Shown here: positions 15,211 through 35,107 of the stretch, one piece after another
How the letters are laid out: every line of letters begins with the position of its first letter
How positions within the stretch are numbered: position 1 is the first letter of the stretch
Assembly: GCF_009914755.1 (NCBI RefSeq)
Contig: NC_060935.1
Reading direction: 5' to 3' (one strand)
Source of the DNA: the human T2T-CHM13v2.0 reference genome, Homo sapiens
DNA length: 64,000 nt
Made by a program: the position numbers and the translations under genes
Notes under the pieces: model-generated
What the model was told of the DNA's origin: nothing
Databases searched by the model: none
Seen by the model: only the letters and a program-made list of their open reading frames with translations

Positions 15211-15770
15211 CACTCTTGATTAACTTTATGGAAATATTTACAGAGATTCTTTCTCTTCTGGGTTCTAGCGTCTTATCTGTAACCTCTGCAGGTAATACAT
15301 TTTCCTTCCTGATGATAGCATTTCTATGGTTGCTTTCACTTGGAAATCCTCTAATACTTATTTATTCCATTTCTGATTGGCATTAGACATAATTCTCAAT
15401 TTTTAGTGACAGCACTTCGTTTAACTTACATATAAATCGACTTTGCCTTGAAATGTGACATTGACTAGAAGGATGAAACTTCTAACCTGCTGTAGAACAT
15501 AGTTTGACTGGCTAATTTATTATTTAGAAGAAGCTAATATTGCCATTATGAGGGACTTAGGTGACTCTGAAGAACCAGTTGCATTTCTAATGTTTGCAAT
15601 GTTAAATCACAGATATTGCCAACGTGAAATAGTTTCCATATGCTGTGTTCTCAATACACACCTTTTCCAAAGATATCCCAAGCTGTAGTCTTAGAAAACT
15701 GTGATTTTTCTTATTTGGTCTCACAGGAATTTGGGGAGCTATGCGGGATCTCCATAAAATGAGCTCCAGA

Positions 15771-15840
15771 AAGACACATGTGTGCACATACACACACACA
15801 CACACACGCACACACTCTCACACATGTACCACACCACACT
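15771..15840. repeat. (CA)n microsatellite
   Basis: Directly visible. Confidence 0.9.
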
Positions 15841-18347
15841 TGACTCTGTTTATTTGGGACCCATGATTATCAGAAGTGCTATTTTTAACAAATACTTTTG
15901 AGAAATAATCTGAACACTTAATTGGATGCAAAAGAGTGGCTATTTACTATTCTACACTTTAATTAGCATAGTCAGTGTTTACAGCAGCAAAAGCATTGGA
16001 AAATCGCTAGTTTTATTAGGTTCATAATTCTCCCTTAGCGTAGTGTGGCGTCAGCATGGCTATTATTCTTAAATTGCCTCTTTAAAACAAGAGCTGGTGC
16101 TTCTTACAGGCAATTCCTAACTCTTGGGTTTTGTAGAGGGTCCAAAACTCTTTAGAACCTATAATTCAAGGAAAGGCTCCACTTTGGTTTTGCATTTTTT
16201 CTGGTCTCTTTGGGTGACAGAATTTATGTCACAAGGTGCACATGGTTGGGGGAGGCTCATGGACAGCCCATCGCGCTTGTGCTTTGGTAGGAAGTATGTG
16301 CCGTTAAGGGGAAGGAGTTAGTTACTGATTCTAGGGAACAATTGGGTAGAAAGAGATGGACTCCCTGTGTTTGAAATTCAGAACTCAAGCTTGGCTCTAA
16401 GTGTTTCCTTGCTTTGCTGTGCTCCAGGGGAGTCACTGAGCAGAAGGAAGCGAGTTGCCTGAGATTCCTCAAATCCTGCAGCCCTTTTGGAGGTTACATT
16501 GTTATTCTCAGAGCCTTTAGGATGCATAATAAAGACCTAGCTTGGACCAATATTAGGATGAGTTATCTTGCTATTAACATTCTTTTAGGTAGAAGTTGCT
16601 TTTAGGTAGAAGTTGGTCCCGTCTTGCTCACAATCCTCCAAAGTTTGGAAGTCACTTTCCAGGAGACTTAGCTTGCACTGAGAGCTGCCCTCCCACCCTC
16701 TCTCCAAATTTCCTCTTGGGAGTAGCCTAACAAGGTGCTGTCACAGACCCTTGCCAGCCACGATGACCCCACCCAGACCATCCCTCTGCTGTTTCAGTCT
16801 TTGATATTCTCTGGAGCTCCCCGGGTAGGGGATGAGACCTGCTGTCTGGTTTGTACAGTTTGACCAGGTCTTACAGTCATGGCTGGCTGCCTGTCTCTGA
16901 GAACTGGGACTCCTGAACTTGGTGAAATACCTCAGCCATTGATCATGTTAAATTATCGGGGACACTAATTTAAAATCTGAGTCTGCTCCGGATGGACTCT
17001 CTCTCTTTCTGCCCTGACCATGAGAGAGAGAGATCGTGAGAGAGAGAGACCGTGAGAAAGATCGAGAGAGAGAGACCGTGCCCTGACCTGCTGGACAGTG
17101 GAGATGCTCGTGGGCTGTGAGCAAGGGATGCAAAGGCTGCCGGGAATCCCATCTTTCCAGCACCATCTGCCAAAGCACATCAGTTCCTGGGTGTCTTGAT
17201 GGATTCTGGCAGCATTACTGTCATTGAAGGAAAACATTTTAGCCATATTAAAGGTGAATGCAGCAATCTCCACACAGGCTGCCTGGAAGGGACGCGGGAC
17301 AAGAGTAGGTTTTCCCTGTGATGGACAGGAGGTAGGCGGCCCTCCCACAGCCCTGCCTGGCAAAGCAGATGTGTCCCCAAAAGGCACTGGGGGCAGCTGG
17401 AGTGCTGTGCCGAGGCGGGCTCACCCGGGCCCTGGGTTCGCTCTGATTGCAGCGGTTTCCCGCCAGCTCCTTGGAGAGCTGGCAGATGACCCAGCCCCAC
17501 AGCAGGAGCTGTGAATGGCAGAACGAGATACAACAATTAGATATCCACTTGCCAGATGAGCCGGGTGTCGTCAGTCGCCTGGCTCTGCGCCAACCTCTTT
17601 TTGCACAAACACTTATGAATTCAGCCAGAAGGAAAAGCACTCTGATTATGAATTGAGCAGAAGGAAACAAAGTTCTGCAGATAAACACCAATGAGACAAA
17701 AAAACCACAATTAAGAAAAATGACAGAAAAGGAGAACCTTCCCAGAAGCCTCCTGCCAGTGAACGGCCACCGTAGCAAGAGCTTGGAGGCCCTGGGTTTT
17801 GAACTGTGAGATAAGGAAGGTGATGAAAACCTCCCTAGCAGCCAGGCAAGCACAAGATTCCTGTGAAATCCAGGTCTAAGTGTTTTGACCACAGAAGTAA
17901 TATTATATCATAGGTGAGAGCTGTGAGTTGCTGAACCCAAAGTGAGTTCAAATCCGAGCTCTGCCTCCTGCTACCTGTGTGACTTTGAGAGTTCCAGCAC
18001 TGCTCTGTGCCTCAGTTTTGTCATCCGTTAAATGGGCATAGTCACAGCTCCTGCCTCAGAGTTGTTGTAAATTAATACAGGTAAAGCACTGAAATCAGCC
18101 TGGTATACAGTAAGTGTTATGAACGTTATTTTCTTGGAAGGACAGAACTTATTTTCATGGTCTAAGCCTGAAAGTCTAAAAAATTTGAGAGAAGAGGAAA
18201 GAATCTAGAGTCTCACCATGAGGGAGAAAAGTCAACTTGAAGCAGGACAGGGTCATTGACAATTTCCTGTGATTCTACAGCTGCCTTGTACACTATGGTA
18301 GCTCCTATCCACTTGTTGTTTAGATTTTGTGATTTAGAAATGAATTA

Positions 18348-18664
<317 letters not shown>

Positions 18665-18807
18665 TCAGCTCTTCATTCTCACCAGCCACATTTCAAGGGC
18701 TCAACAGCCCATGTGGGTGGCTAGCAGCTCCCATGTTGGACAGTGCAGAGTAGAGCAAGCCCACCATTGCAGAATGTTTGATTGGACCATGACTGAATAG
18801 TCTATTG

Positions 18808-19310
18808 CAGTGGTCCCCAATTTTTTTTAGCACCAAGGACCAGTTTCCACGTATTTGTGGGGGGAAGTTTCAGTATGATTCAAGTGCATTACATTTATTG
18901 TGTACTTTATTGTTATGAACATTATAATATATAATGAAATCATTATACAACTCACCATAATGTAGAATCAGTGGGAGCCCTGAGCTTGTTTTCCTGCAAC
19001 TAGATAATCCCATCTCAGGGTGGTGGGAGACAGTGACAGATCATCAGGCATTAGATTCTCATCAGGAGCACACAACCTAGATCCCTTCCACATGCAGTTC
19101 ACAATAGGGTTGGTGCTCCTATCAGAATCTAATGCCACTGCTGATCTGACAGGAGACAGAGCTCAGGCGGTAACGCTAGCCGTGGGGAGCAGCTGTAAAT
19201 ACAGATGAAGCTTCACTCATTAGCTCACTGCTCACCTCCTTCTGTACAGCCCAGTTCCTAACAGGCCACAGAACACTACTGGTCTGTGGTCTGGGGGATG
19301 GGGACCTCTG
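18808..19310 (+). mobile_element. MER1A-like hAT MITE nested in an older MER3-like hAT element
   Basis: TIRs CAGTGGTCCCCAA / TGGGGACCTCTG, perfect 8-bp TSD GTCTATTG (18800-18807 / 19311-19318). Confidence 0.85.
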
Positions 19311-19363
19311 GTCTATTGGATAACACTAGCTTTGAGGGTACTGATCAGCCAAAGAAGCACTGA

Positions 19364-19751
<388 letters not shown>

Positions 19752-20628
19752 TAATCCTCCCAGTGACTCTTTGAAGCAGGGACTGTGACAATCGTCATTT
19801 CACAGATGGAGCAACTGAGGCACAGAGAGGAAGTCAATGGCCACGGTCGCCCAGCTGAGGAAGGATGGAGCCGGCTGAGATACTGTTCTGGGGCTCTAAC
19901 TCTGCAGCCTGCATTCTGGGCTGCTGTATTCTCCCATGTTGCTATCTGACGAGCACAGCATGGGCTCACAGTACAGACAGGAGGAACCAGCTAATAAGGA
20001 GAGGTCTGGGGTGAAGGCTGGTGCCTTGGGGAAGAAGAGAGAGGTCCCATTCTAAAGGGATGGCATTGGAAGTTCATAGTGATAAAGCAAAGCCAACAGG
20101 TTTTGGGGCTGGGAGTTAAACACACAGCTCTGGTTTCTGCCTTTTCACAGTGGTGATGAATGGGCACTGAGACCCTCTCGAGCTATAGTTGTCATCATTG
20201 CTCTTCATAGTCTGAAGGTGCATAAAATGGTCAACTTTCTTCCAAAGGGCTTTTATGCCTAAGTCTGTGGTTAGTGTATAAACAGACATTTACCGAAGTC
20301 CTGCTGGGTGCAGACGCTGTGGCCAGCCCTGAGGCTACAGTCGAGATGAAGCCAGTCTCTGTCCTCATGGAGTCCTGTCTATTGATAAGAAAAGAGAAAG
20401 CTCACTGAGCATTGACCCTGTGCCCACTGCTTTTGATGCATCTCTCATTTAATCCTTCTATCAAATCTGTGAAATAAACACATCACCATCATCCCTATTT
20501 CACATTTAGGGAAACATATGCTTAGAGAGGGTAAGTAACTTGGTCAAGATCACACAGCTTCGAACTCTCATCCCACAGGTGCAGGAATGGGAGGCAGCAG
20601 CTGGGGAAGCCAGGGTCTCTGGCAGTCC

Positions 20629-20780
20629 TTGTCTCTGAGCGGTGATCCAGAGAGAGAGAGAGAGAACACGATTGTCTCAGCACTGGGTCTTCTTCTGAGT
20701 CATCTTGAAGGAGCAATTCCAGAGCGTCTCGGTGTTAAACATCATGTTGTGAATGACTCAGTGATCTCTGGCCCAGAGAC
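20629..20780 (-). pseudogene. ENPP7P: ENPP7-like pseudogene exon 2 (not in the supplied ORF track in this frame)
   Basis: Acceptor cctcccctcctttatccccaAG|GT; reads GLWARDH*VIHNMMFNTETLWNCSFKMTQKKTQC*DNRVLSLSLWITAQRQ vs ENPP7 GKYIENHGVVHNMYYNTTSKVKLPYHATLGIQRWWDNGSVPIWITAQRQ; same intron phases; two stops; no GT donor. Confidence 0.9.
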
Positions 20781-20877
20781 CTTGGGGATAAAGGAGGGGA
20801 GGTACGGAGAAGCTCTTCGAATGGATGTTACCGGGGTGTCAGTGTTCTTTGAGGCCACAGGCTATGTGTCACAAAAT

Positions 20878-21901
20878 TGAAGGGGTGGCCTGCCCTTCCA
20901 CACCTGTGGGTATTTCTAGTCGGGTGGGATGAGAGACGGAGAAAAGAAATAAGACACAGAGACAAAGTACAGGGAAACAACAGTGGGTCCAGGGGACCGG
21001 CACTCAGCACACCAGGACTTGCACGGGCACTGGCCTCTGAGTTCCCTCAGTTTTTATTGATTATGATTTTCATTATTTCAGCAAAAAGGAATGTAATAGG
21101 AGAGCAGGGTGATAATAAGGAGAAGGTCAACAAAAAACATGTGAGCAAAAGAATCTATATCATAATTAAGTTCAAGGGAAGGTACTATGACTGGACTTGC
21201 ACGTAGGCCAGATTTATGTTTCTCTCCACCCAAATATCTCAGTGGGGTAAAGAACAACAAGGCAGCATTACTGCAACATGTCTCGCCTCCCGCCACAGGG
21301 CAGCTTTTCTCCTAGCTCAGACTTGAACAAATGTACAATCGGGTTTACACCGAGACATTCAATTCCCAGGGGCAAGCAGGAGACAGTGGCCTTCCTCCAT
21401 CTCAACTGCAAGAGGCTTTCCTCTTTGACTAATCCACCTCAGCGCAGACGCTTTATGGGTGTCAGGCTGGGGGACAGTCAGGTCTTTCTCATCCCACGAG
21501 GCCATATTTCAGACTATCACATGGGGAGAAACCTTGGACAATACACTGCTTTCAAGGGCAGGGCTCCCTGCGGCTTTCCACGGTGCATTGTGCCCCTGGT
21601 TTATTGTGACTAGAGAATGGCAATGACTTTTACCAAGTATACTGCTTGTAAACATTTGGTTAACAAGGCACGTCCTGCACAGCCCTAGATCCCTTAAACC
21701 TTGATTTTATACAACACATGTTTTTGTGAACTCCAAGTTGGGTCAAAGTGACTGAGGCAAAGTGGCTGGGGCAAAGCTACAAATGAACAACATCTCAGCA
21801 AAGCAATTGTTAGAGTACAGGTCTTTTTCAAAATGGAGTCTCTTATGTCTTCCCTTTCTACATAGACACAGTGACAGTCTGATCTCTCGCTTTTCCCTAC
21901 A
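20878..21901 (-). repeat. HERV-K 3' LTR (LTR5A/B-like)
   Basis: TGTAGGGAAAAG..CACCCCTTCA; PPT AAAAAGAAAAGGGGGAAA immediately upstream. Confidence 0.95.
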
Positions 21902-21938
21902 TTTCCCCCTTTTCTTTTTGACAAAACCGCCATCGTCA

Positions 21939-21995
21939 TCATGGCCCCTTCTCGCTGGTCGCTGTCTCTCCGGAGCTGCTGGATATACCTGTAGA
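21939..21995 (-). CDS. rec: HERV-K rec coding exon 2
   Basis: Acceptor ctattgttAG|TCT; [18 protein letters not shown] (cf. Rec SAGVPNSSEETATIENGP*). Confidence 0.75.
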   Translation of the reverse strand, partial: STGISSSSGETATSEKGP

Positions 21996-23693
21996 CTAAC
22001 AATAGAGAGGACAGACATACAAGAATTAATACAAAATTTGCAATAGTGGAATTTCCAATGGTTTTAACCCAAGTGACAGGGTTAAGATTAGTGAGGCTGT
22101 CAACAGCTTTTACCATTGCCTCCGTTTCTGACACCAGATTTAACTGGGCTTTTGATGTTTCAAAAATTTGTTCTTTCAATTTAGAAATATCTAAGGTAAG
22201 ATTATCTTCTCTTCCTTGTAGATGGCGTCTAACCATGTCCCAGTGATGTTCAGATTCATTATAGGCTCGAGGTTTAATACAAAAATCTGATGTATTCCAG
22301 TCACACTGTAACTGAAAAAGATATTCTAAGCTCATGAGCCTATCTCTCATCCAAATAACAGTTTGTCTAAGATCATTAATTTGATTTGTCAATTTTTGAT
22401 CTATTTGAGTCTAAGAATTCCACAATTTTGAGGAATTCTTTTGCCAATTATTCACATATTCTGCAGTTTGAACAGAGGAGTGTAAAGCAATTCCAGCAGG
22501 CGCAGCAGTAGCTGTGACTGCAATAAGGCCCATAATCACTGCAATCAAAGTAAAAATGAATCTTTTAGATCTAGTTAGAACTCCTTTTAATACTTAAGAT
22601 ATGTACGGATGGAGAAGCCTCCCACGGTCGATCCATGGACACAGGGATCCACACGCCTTCTCTTGCTCTTACAGAGTACCATTCTGCCAATCAAAAGTTG
22701 AATCAATGCAAGTAAACAATCTACAATTTTCACTGGTTGTAGTTTGGGAATCTGGTTTAATAGCTATGTTTCCTACAACTAGCATATAAGGTGGTTTTAC
22801 ACAACTTTGCAAAGGAATTTTCAGATTGTAATTTAGGTTAATAGTATAATATGGCTTATGATTTCTTGTTCCCATAACTTGATTTCCAGACCAAATTCTA
22901 ATGTGGTATGAGGCCACAGTGAGCTTCCATAATTCTGGGTGTTCAGGACCAACAACAGAACTAACTAACTTTGGTCGGGGTGATGAAATCCTCTTTTCAC
23001 CCCATTTCCATGGATAGGGTGATTCTAGCCTTCTATAAACCTGGTCTAGCCTTTTAGTTAAATCACTAACTAGGCCGGATTAGTGGGCCAGACAGATGGA
23101 GCCTGTGAACATGAGTGGGTCTGGCCCATACAGTCATAATATAATTGGCCTCAAGGGGCCTAGTCTATAATAGTTCCAAATTTATTGTTTTGTAGTACCA
23201 CTGCAGTATCAGCCACACATTCTTCCCAAACTAAGACTTCTGGGTCTTTTGATTCTTTTGGAATTTCCTTGGGGCATGGTTTCCCTTTAGGCCTAAATTT
23301 TAATAATCTTTGATAGGAAGAATTCTGTAAGTTATTCATTTGTGACCCGAGTGACATTCCACTTATCGTATGATAAGTAAATTTACTGGTGGCACTGACA
23401 GTAGGTACTTCTATCAACCAATTTTGGATTGTAGGCATTAAGCATCCTGGTGCTTTTCCCAGGCAAATAGGAGGATAATGACACCCAAAGGAAATGTTTA
23501 TCATCATTCCTTCTTCTTCAGGTTGGGCAGGGCCACGGTCATCAGTGGGGCCTGGTACCCTTGCACTGTTATTAACATATACTTCAATAGGATTATCTAT
23601 CCAAGTGACTGCCCGAATTAAGGGTGGGAAAATCACATAGGCTCAGTAAGTATAGTTAGCTGTAGCAGCTCCTGAAGACATAGGGAGACTTAC

Positions 23694-26457
<2,764 letters not shown>

Positions 26458-26459
26458 CC

Positions 26460-27300
26460 CTAAAAAGGATACCCTAGTCCTTTTCTTTCTGGATTTCCCT
26501 TAGCCTCAATTGGACCTTTAATGCCTTCTCCATTTTTCCCTAGTCCTTTGCCAGGGAGATATCCCATTTTAGTCATGATTTTTTGACTCGTGGGGCTGTA
26601 TAGAGAGACTGGAATAGTAATCTCTGCATGCCACTGTTCTAATAAGTCTCGGCCCCATAAATTAATTGGAATAGAAGTAATCATAGGCTGAACTGTACTC
26701 TCTTGATTATCAGGTCCTAGACAATGTAAAATCCTGGAACTTTGATACACTTCTGAGGCAGTGCCCACACCAACAAGTCCTGTGACAGGCTTTTGTTTAG
26801 GCCGATTTTTTGGCCGTTGATTTAAGGCAATGATAGAAACATCAGCCCCAGTATCCACTAATCCTTCAAACTGTTTTCCCTGAATAGTAACTGTACACAC
26901 AGGTCTATTCTCTGAGAGCTGACTAGCCCAATAAACAGCTTTTCCAGCAGTGTTGGTACTTCCAAACCCTCCTGTTCTTTCTGTTTTGCTATCCCCAATT
27001 TTAATATAAGGCAAGAGCAGTAATTGAGCAACTCTATCACCTGGATTGGCACTCCAGGGAACAGTAGAGCTGATCACTAACTGAATTTCCCCTTTATAAT
27101 CTGAGTCAATTACCCCAGTATGAATTTGAACTCCTTTCAAATTTAGACTAGATCTTCCTAAAATAAGGCTACCATCCCTTCTGGCAGCGGGCCATATACC
27201 CCTGTAGGAATCTTTTGCGGGGGCTCTCCAGGGAGTAAGAAATCATTTGAGTAGAACATAAATCTACTGCAGCACTGCCTGCTGTGGCAGGGGATAATTG
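26460..27300 (-). pseudogene. pro: HERV-K pro (dUTPase-protease-G-patch)
   Basis: GVIDSDYKGEI, RTGGFGST, LVDTGAD, GRDLL, MGYLPGKGLG in a 226-codon ORF; dUTPase N-terminus frameshifted. Confidence 0.93.
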
Positions 27301-29267
27301 TCGTATTGTAATTGGCTGATTTCCTGAAATGGTGGTATTTACTGTGGGGTTGTTGTCCCTGAAAACCCTGAGGAACAAATGGCTGAATCCGGAATGCCCC
27401 ACTTTGTTGCGGGGCCTGGGGCTGGCCCCTCTTCCCGTTTCCCGACAATGGTTGTCCATTTTTATCAAATTTAGAACGACATTCCTTAGCTCAATGTTTT
27501 CCTTTTCCACATCTTGGGCTCAGGCCAGGTGGCTCTTTTTTGTTTGTTTGTTTGCTCTGTTTATTTAAGCCTGGGCAATTCTTTTTTAGATGACCGATTT
27601 GACCACAATTATAACATTTCCCCCCAAATGTTTTAACTTGTCCTCCTAAAGCAACCCCTGTAATTGCTTGAGCCAATAGCATTGCCTTATGCATAGCTCC
27701 TCCAATCCCATCACAAGCCCTCACATATTCTGTAATTACATCAACTCCTGCTGAAACCTTTCCTCTTAATGGCTTTATGGCTGATTGACACTCCGGATTT
27801 GCGTTTTGATAAGCCATTATTTCTACAATAACTTTTCGGGCATTATGATCCGCAATGGATTTTTGAGCCGCATCTTGCAACCTTGCCACAAAGTCTGGAT
27901 ATGGCTCTTTAGAGCCTTGTCTGATTGAACTAAAAGAACGGCAGGAGGTTCCTGGGTCCTGAATCTTTTCCCAGGCCCTGAGGCAAATAGCCCTTAGTTG
28001 TTCAATAGCCTCATTTTCATTACTGATTGTTGGTTAATAGTGCCCTAATTTGGACCTGTTCCTAGCAATTGGTCTGCATCTATATAAGCAACAGGATTAG
28101 TAGCCTGATTTTTTCGTACCTGTTCTTGTACCCCATCAGTCCACCAGGTTTTAAACTGTAGATACTGAGAGGGTGAAAGGGAAGATTTAGCCAAAATTTC
28201 CCAATCATAAGGAATAAGTCTATTTCCATGAACAATGGAATCTAATAATGTTCTCATATAAGGAGAGTTAGGTCCATATAGTTTAACTCCTTCCTTCATA
28301 TCTTTTAACATTTTTATGGTGAAAGATTCATATCTAGTCTCAGTTCAGACAGACGCTCCTGCCTGACTCGCTTTCCCGGCCGGCATCGGTTGTAACATTA
28401 CCGGATATTGCCATGCCTCAAGATCTCCCTGTTTTCTGGCTTTAGCAATGGTCTCATGCAGTGCACTATCTTGTCCACTAGGTGGTACTGTAAGATCAAA
28501 CGCCATCGCCGTGGGTTGTTGATGTAGTGCCTTGCTATTTGGCACAGGACGCACTGCCTGAGATCCATACTGAACCTCTGGAGACGGCCGATACTGAAAT
28601 GCGGCTGGCGGCTGGTGTTGATAAACTACCGATGGTTGAGTTTTATTTTCTACTGGCTGGTATTGCGGATACTGTGCCTGGATTGGCATTTGAGATTGTG
28701 ACATCACAGGCATCTGAACCGCGGGAGAAGGAGTTGGTGGCCATCGTGGTCTAAACTCTGATGGTCCAAATAATTCTGGACCTCCTTCCCCCAATTTTGA
28801 TGATTCAGGATATATTACCTCCTGTAATTGATTATAGTCAACATTCTGCATTGACCAAGCCAGTACAGGCTCTACTGCATTTTTACAATGTGAACTTTCC
28901 ATTCCTTTCTTACACTCTGTTCCTGCCTCTTCTTCACAATCTATTACACAGCTTTCAGGGGCGTCAAAGACTGAAACGCTATCTTCTTCTATTTGAAATG
29001 GTTCTAAAGTTGCTTTAATAATGGCCCAATCATTCCATACTGTAAGTGGGATGATTTTACCTTCCTAATTGCTTGTTTTAGTTCTTTGCCAATTTTTACC
29101 CAATCTTCTAAATCTAAAGTTCCCTGTTCTGGAAACCATGGGCGGAATTGTTCTATTGTTTGAAATAGCGTAACTAGATTTTCTGTAGAAGCTTTAACTC
29201 CTCCTCTTCTTAAGAGAATTTTAATGAAGCTGAGATAAGAAGCATATTTACTTTCAGTTTGCCCCAT
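27264..29267 (-). pseudogene. gag: HERV-K gag (disrupted)
   Basis: MGQTESKYASYLSFIKILL at 29267; CA fragments; CYNCGQIGHLKKNC zinc knuckle; several stops and frameshifts. Confidence 0.95.
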
Positions 29268-29390
29268 TGTTACCCTGGATTCCTCCGAGCGCACAAGCTA
29301 ACCACAAGGCTGACTGTGGACGTACTCGGGAATCTCTCGTCGGCTGTCCTCAATGCTCACGTTCTTAGCGTACCTTCACCCTAGAGAAGG

Positions 29391-29408
29391 GCCCCACTCT
29401 GGGCTCCA
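29391..29408 (-). other. Degenerate tRNA-Lys primer binding site
   Basis: TGGAGCCCAGAGTGGGGC vs TGGCGCCCAACGTGGGGC, 3 mismatches, 2 nt after the 5' LTR. Confidence 0.85.
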
Positions 29409-29410
29409 GA

Positions 29411-30431
29411 TGAAGGGGTGGCCTGCCCCTCCACACCTGTCGGTATTTCTAGTCAGGTGGGATGAGAGACAGAGAAAAGAAATAAGACACAAAGTATAGA
29501 GAAACAACAGTGGGTCCAGGGGACCGGCACTCAGCACACCAAGGACATGCACCGGCCCCGGCCCCTGAGTTCCCTCAGTTTTTATTGATTATGATTTTCA
29601 TTATTTCAGCAAAAAGGAATGTAGTAGGAGAGCAGGGTGATAATAAGGAGGTCAACAAAAAACATGTGAGCAAAAGAATCTATATCATAATTAAGTTCAA
29701 GGGAAGGTACTATGCCTGGAAGTGTACGTAGGCCAGATTTATGTTTCTCTCCTCCCAAACATCTCAGCGGAGTAAAGAATAACAAGGCAACATTGCTGTA
29801 AACATGTCTCGCCTCCCATCACAGGGCAGCTTTTCTCCTATCTCAGACTTGAACAAATGTACAATTGGGTTTTATACCGAGACTTTGAGTTCCCAGGGGC
29901 AGGCAGGAGACAGTGGCCTTCCTCCATCTCAACTGCAAGAGACTTTCCTCTTGTACTAATTCACCTCAGCACAGACCCTTTACGGGTATCTGGCTGGGGG
30001 ACAGTCAGGTCTTTCTCATCCCACGAGGTCATATTTCAGACTATCACATGGGGAAAAACCTTGGACAATACACTGCTTTCAAGGGCAGAGGTCCCTGAGG
30101 CTTTCCACGGTGCATTGTGCCCCTGGTTTATTGTGACTAGAGAATGGCAATGACTTTTACCAAGTATACTGCTTGTAAACATTTGGTTAACAAGGCACGT
30201 CCTGTACGGCCCTAGATCCCTTAAACCTTGATTTTATACAACACATGTTTTTGTGAACTCCAAGTTGGGTCAAAGTGGTTGGGGCAAAGTGGCTGGGGCA
30301 AAGCTACAAATGAACAACATCTCTGCAAAGCAATTGTTTAAAGTACAGATCTTTTTCAAAATGGAGTCTCTTATGTCTTCCCTTTCTACATAGACACAGT
30401 GACAGTCTGATCTCTCTTTCTTTTCCCTACA
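29411..30431 (-). repeat. HERV-K 5' LTR (LTR5A/B-like)
   Basis: Direct repeat of 20878-21901; about 11 substitutions and 2 indels in ~170 nt compared by eye at the U5 end. Confidence 0.95.
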
Positions 30432-30640
30432 CAAATAAAGAGCCCAGTGCCTTTTGTCATTGCTCAAGAGATTGAAGGGGTAGGAAGAAAAGATGTTAAG
30501 TTATAAACATGTTTCAGTTTTGGTACCACTTGAGCCAATTTACGTTTTGAAGAGGAAAGAGTCTTGCCTACAAAGTCAGCCCCTGGGTTTTCCTTCTGTT
30601 TATGGAATCCAGGCAATGGGCAAAGAGAAAAAGAAAACTA

Positions 30641-30963
<323 letters not shown>

Positions 30964-31033
30964 TAGGGCATCTGGACAGAATAAGCTTATGTATATAATA
31001 AAGAACTGAGATAGAACTGGGTTGACTGAATAA

Positions 31034-31436
<403 letters not shown>

Positions 31437-31963
31437 TAGAGTCTACCATTCTTTGAATTCACTGCAGTGCAAAGACTGGGACATGTGGAACTCCAGGTGT
31501 ATATGGGTTATGTAGAGATGCTAGGGGCTGATTAAGGAAGGAAAGATATGAGAAGCCTGCAGAGCATGCTTTCCCAGACTGTATGGGCCCTGGGAAAGGA
31601 GAAGTGGACAGAAAGGGAACACTAGGTACCCTGGAAGAGAAGATTCATCCAAGTCATCAGGAAAGTTACTAAAGCAAGGGAAAAAAGTTAGAGACAGGGC
31701 TAAACACGCTTCTTCCAAGTCCTTTCTGTCTGCTCAGTCACCTCTATGCTCATTTTTCTTCTTTCCTCTAAGTAGTGTCATGCGTTTTCTTCCTATTCCT
31801 AGTCACTCCTAGTCAACTAACTCCTCTTTTTACCATCTTTTCATCAGAACTTGAAACCTCCTCTCCTTCATGTATTAGTGATCATGTTTCTCCATATTAC
31901 TGCTAGAAACAAGAATTGAAACCTTGAAAACCTGCATTTGAGAACCAGATCTGCCTCTGCTAG

Positions 31964-33335
<1,372 letters not shown>

Positions 33336-33514
33336 AATTCCGTTCTTTTAATGCAAACTAGAAAATAGGTGTTCAGAAAGGCCTGCCCTATCCACCTCAG
33401 GGTTGCTATGAAGATCAAATTAGATCATGTGCAACAGAAATTTAGAAAAGATTCCAAAAGCACTGTGCAACGAGAATGTATTTTTAAACTTCACTGAGTG
33501 GACTTAAAACTATG

Positions 33515-33845
<331 letters not shown>

Positions 33846-34006
33846 TGTGTTTCTTTTTTAAGCAAAAAAACAAATGCCTCTCTCCAGCGCTCACTAAACA
33901 AATCCCTCTTTTTTTCCCATAGGATTCTTATCCTTCTTGCCCCAGTGCAAACAATCTATTTTCTTTTGGCCCTTCTGTCCATCTGTGAAAGGGGCAGGCT
34001 TTCTAG

Positions 34007-34346
<340 letters not shown>

Positions 34347-34399
34347 TCAAGACAGTGTTTATTAATGCCTGAGATGCATTCAGGAGCACATGAGCTGGC

Positions 34400-35107
<708 letters not shown>

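Noticed and set aside
17248-17892. 214-aa minus-strand ORF
   Set aside because: Non-ATG start, no recognisable domain or splice structure.
21694-22392. 232-aa HERV-K Env TM ORF as a functional protein
   Set aside because: No ATG start or signal peptide, upstream stops, and a frameshifted C-terminus reading into the LTR.
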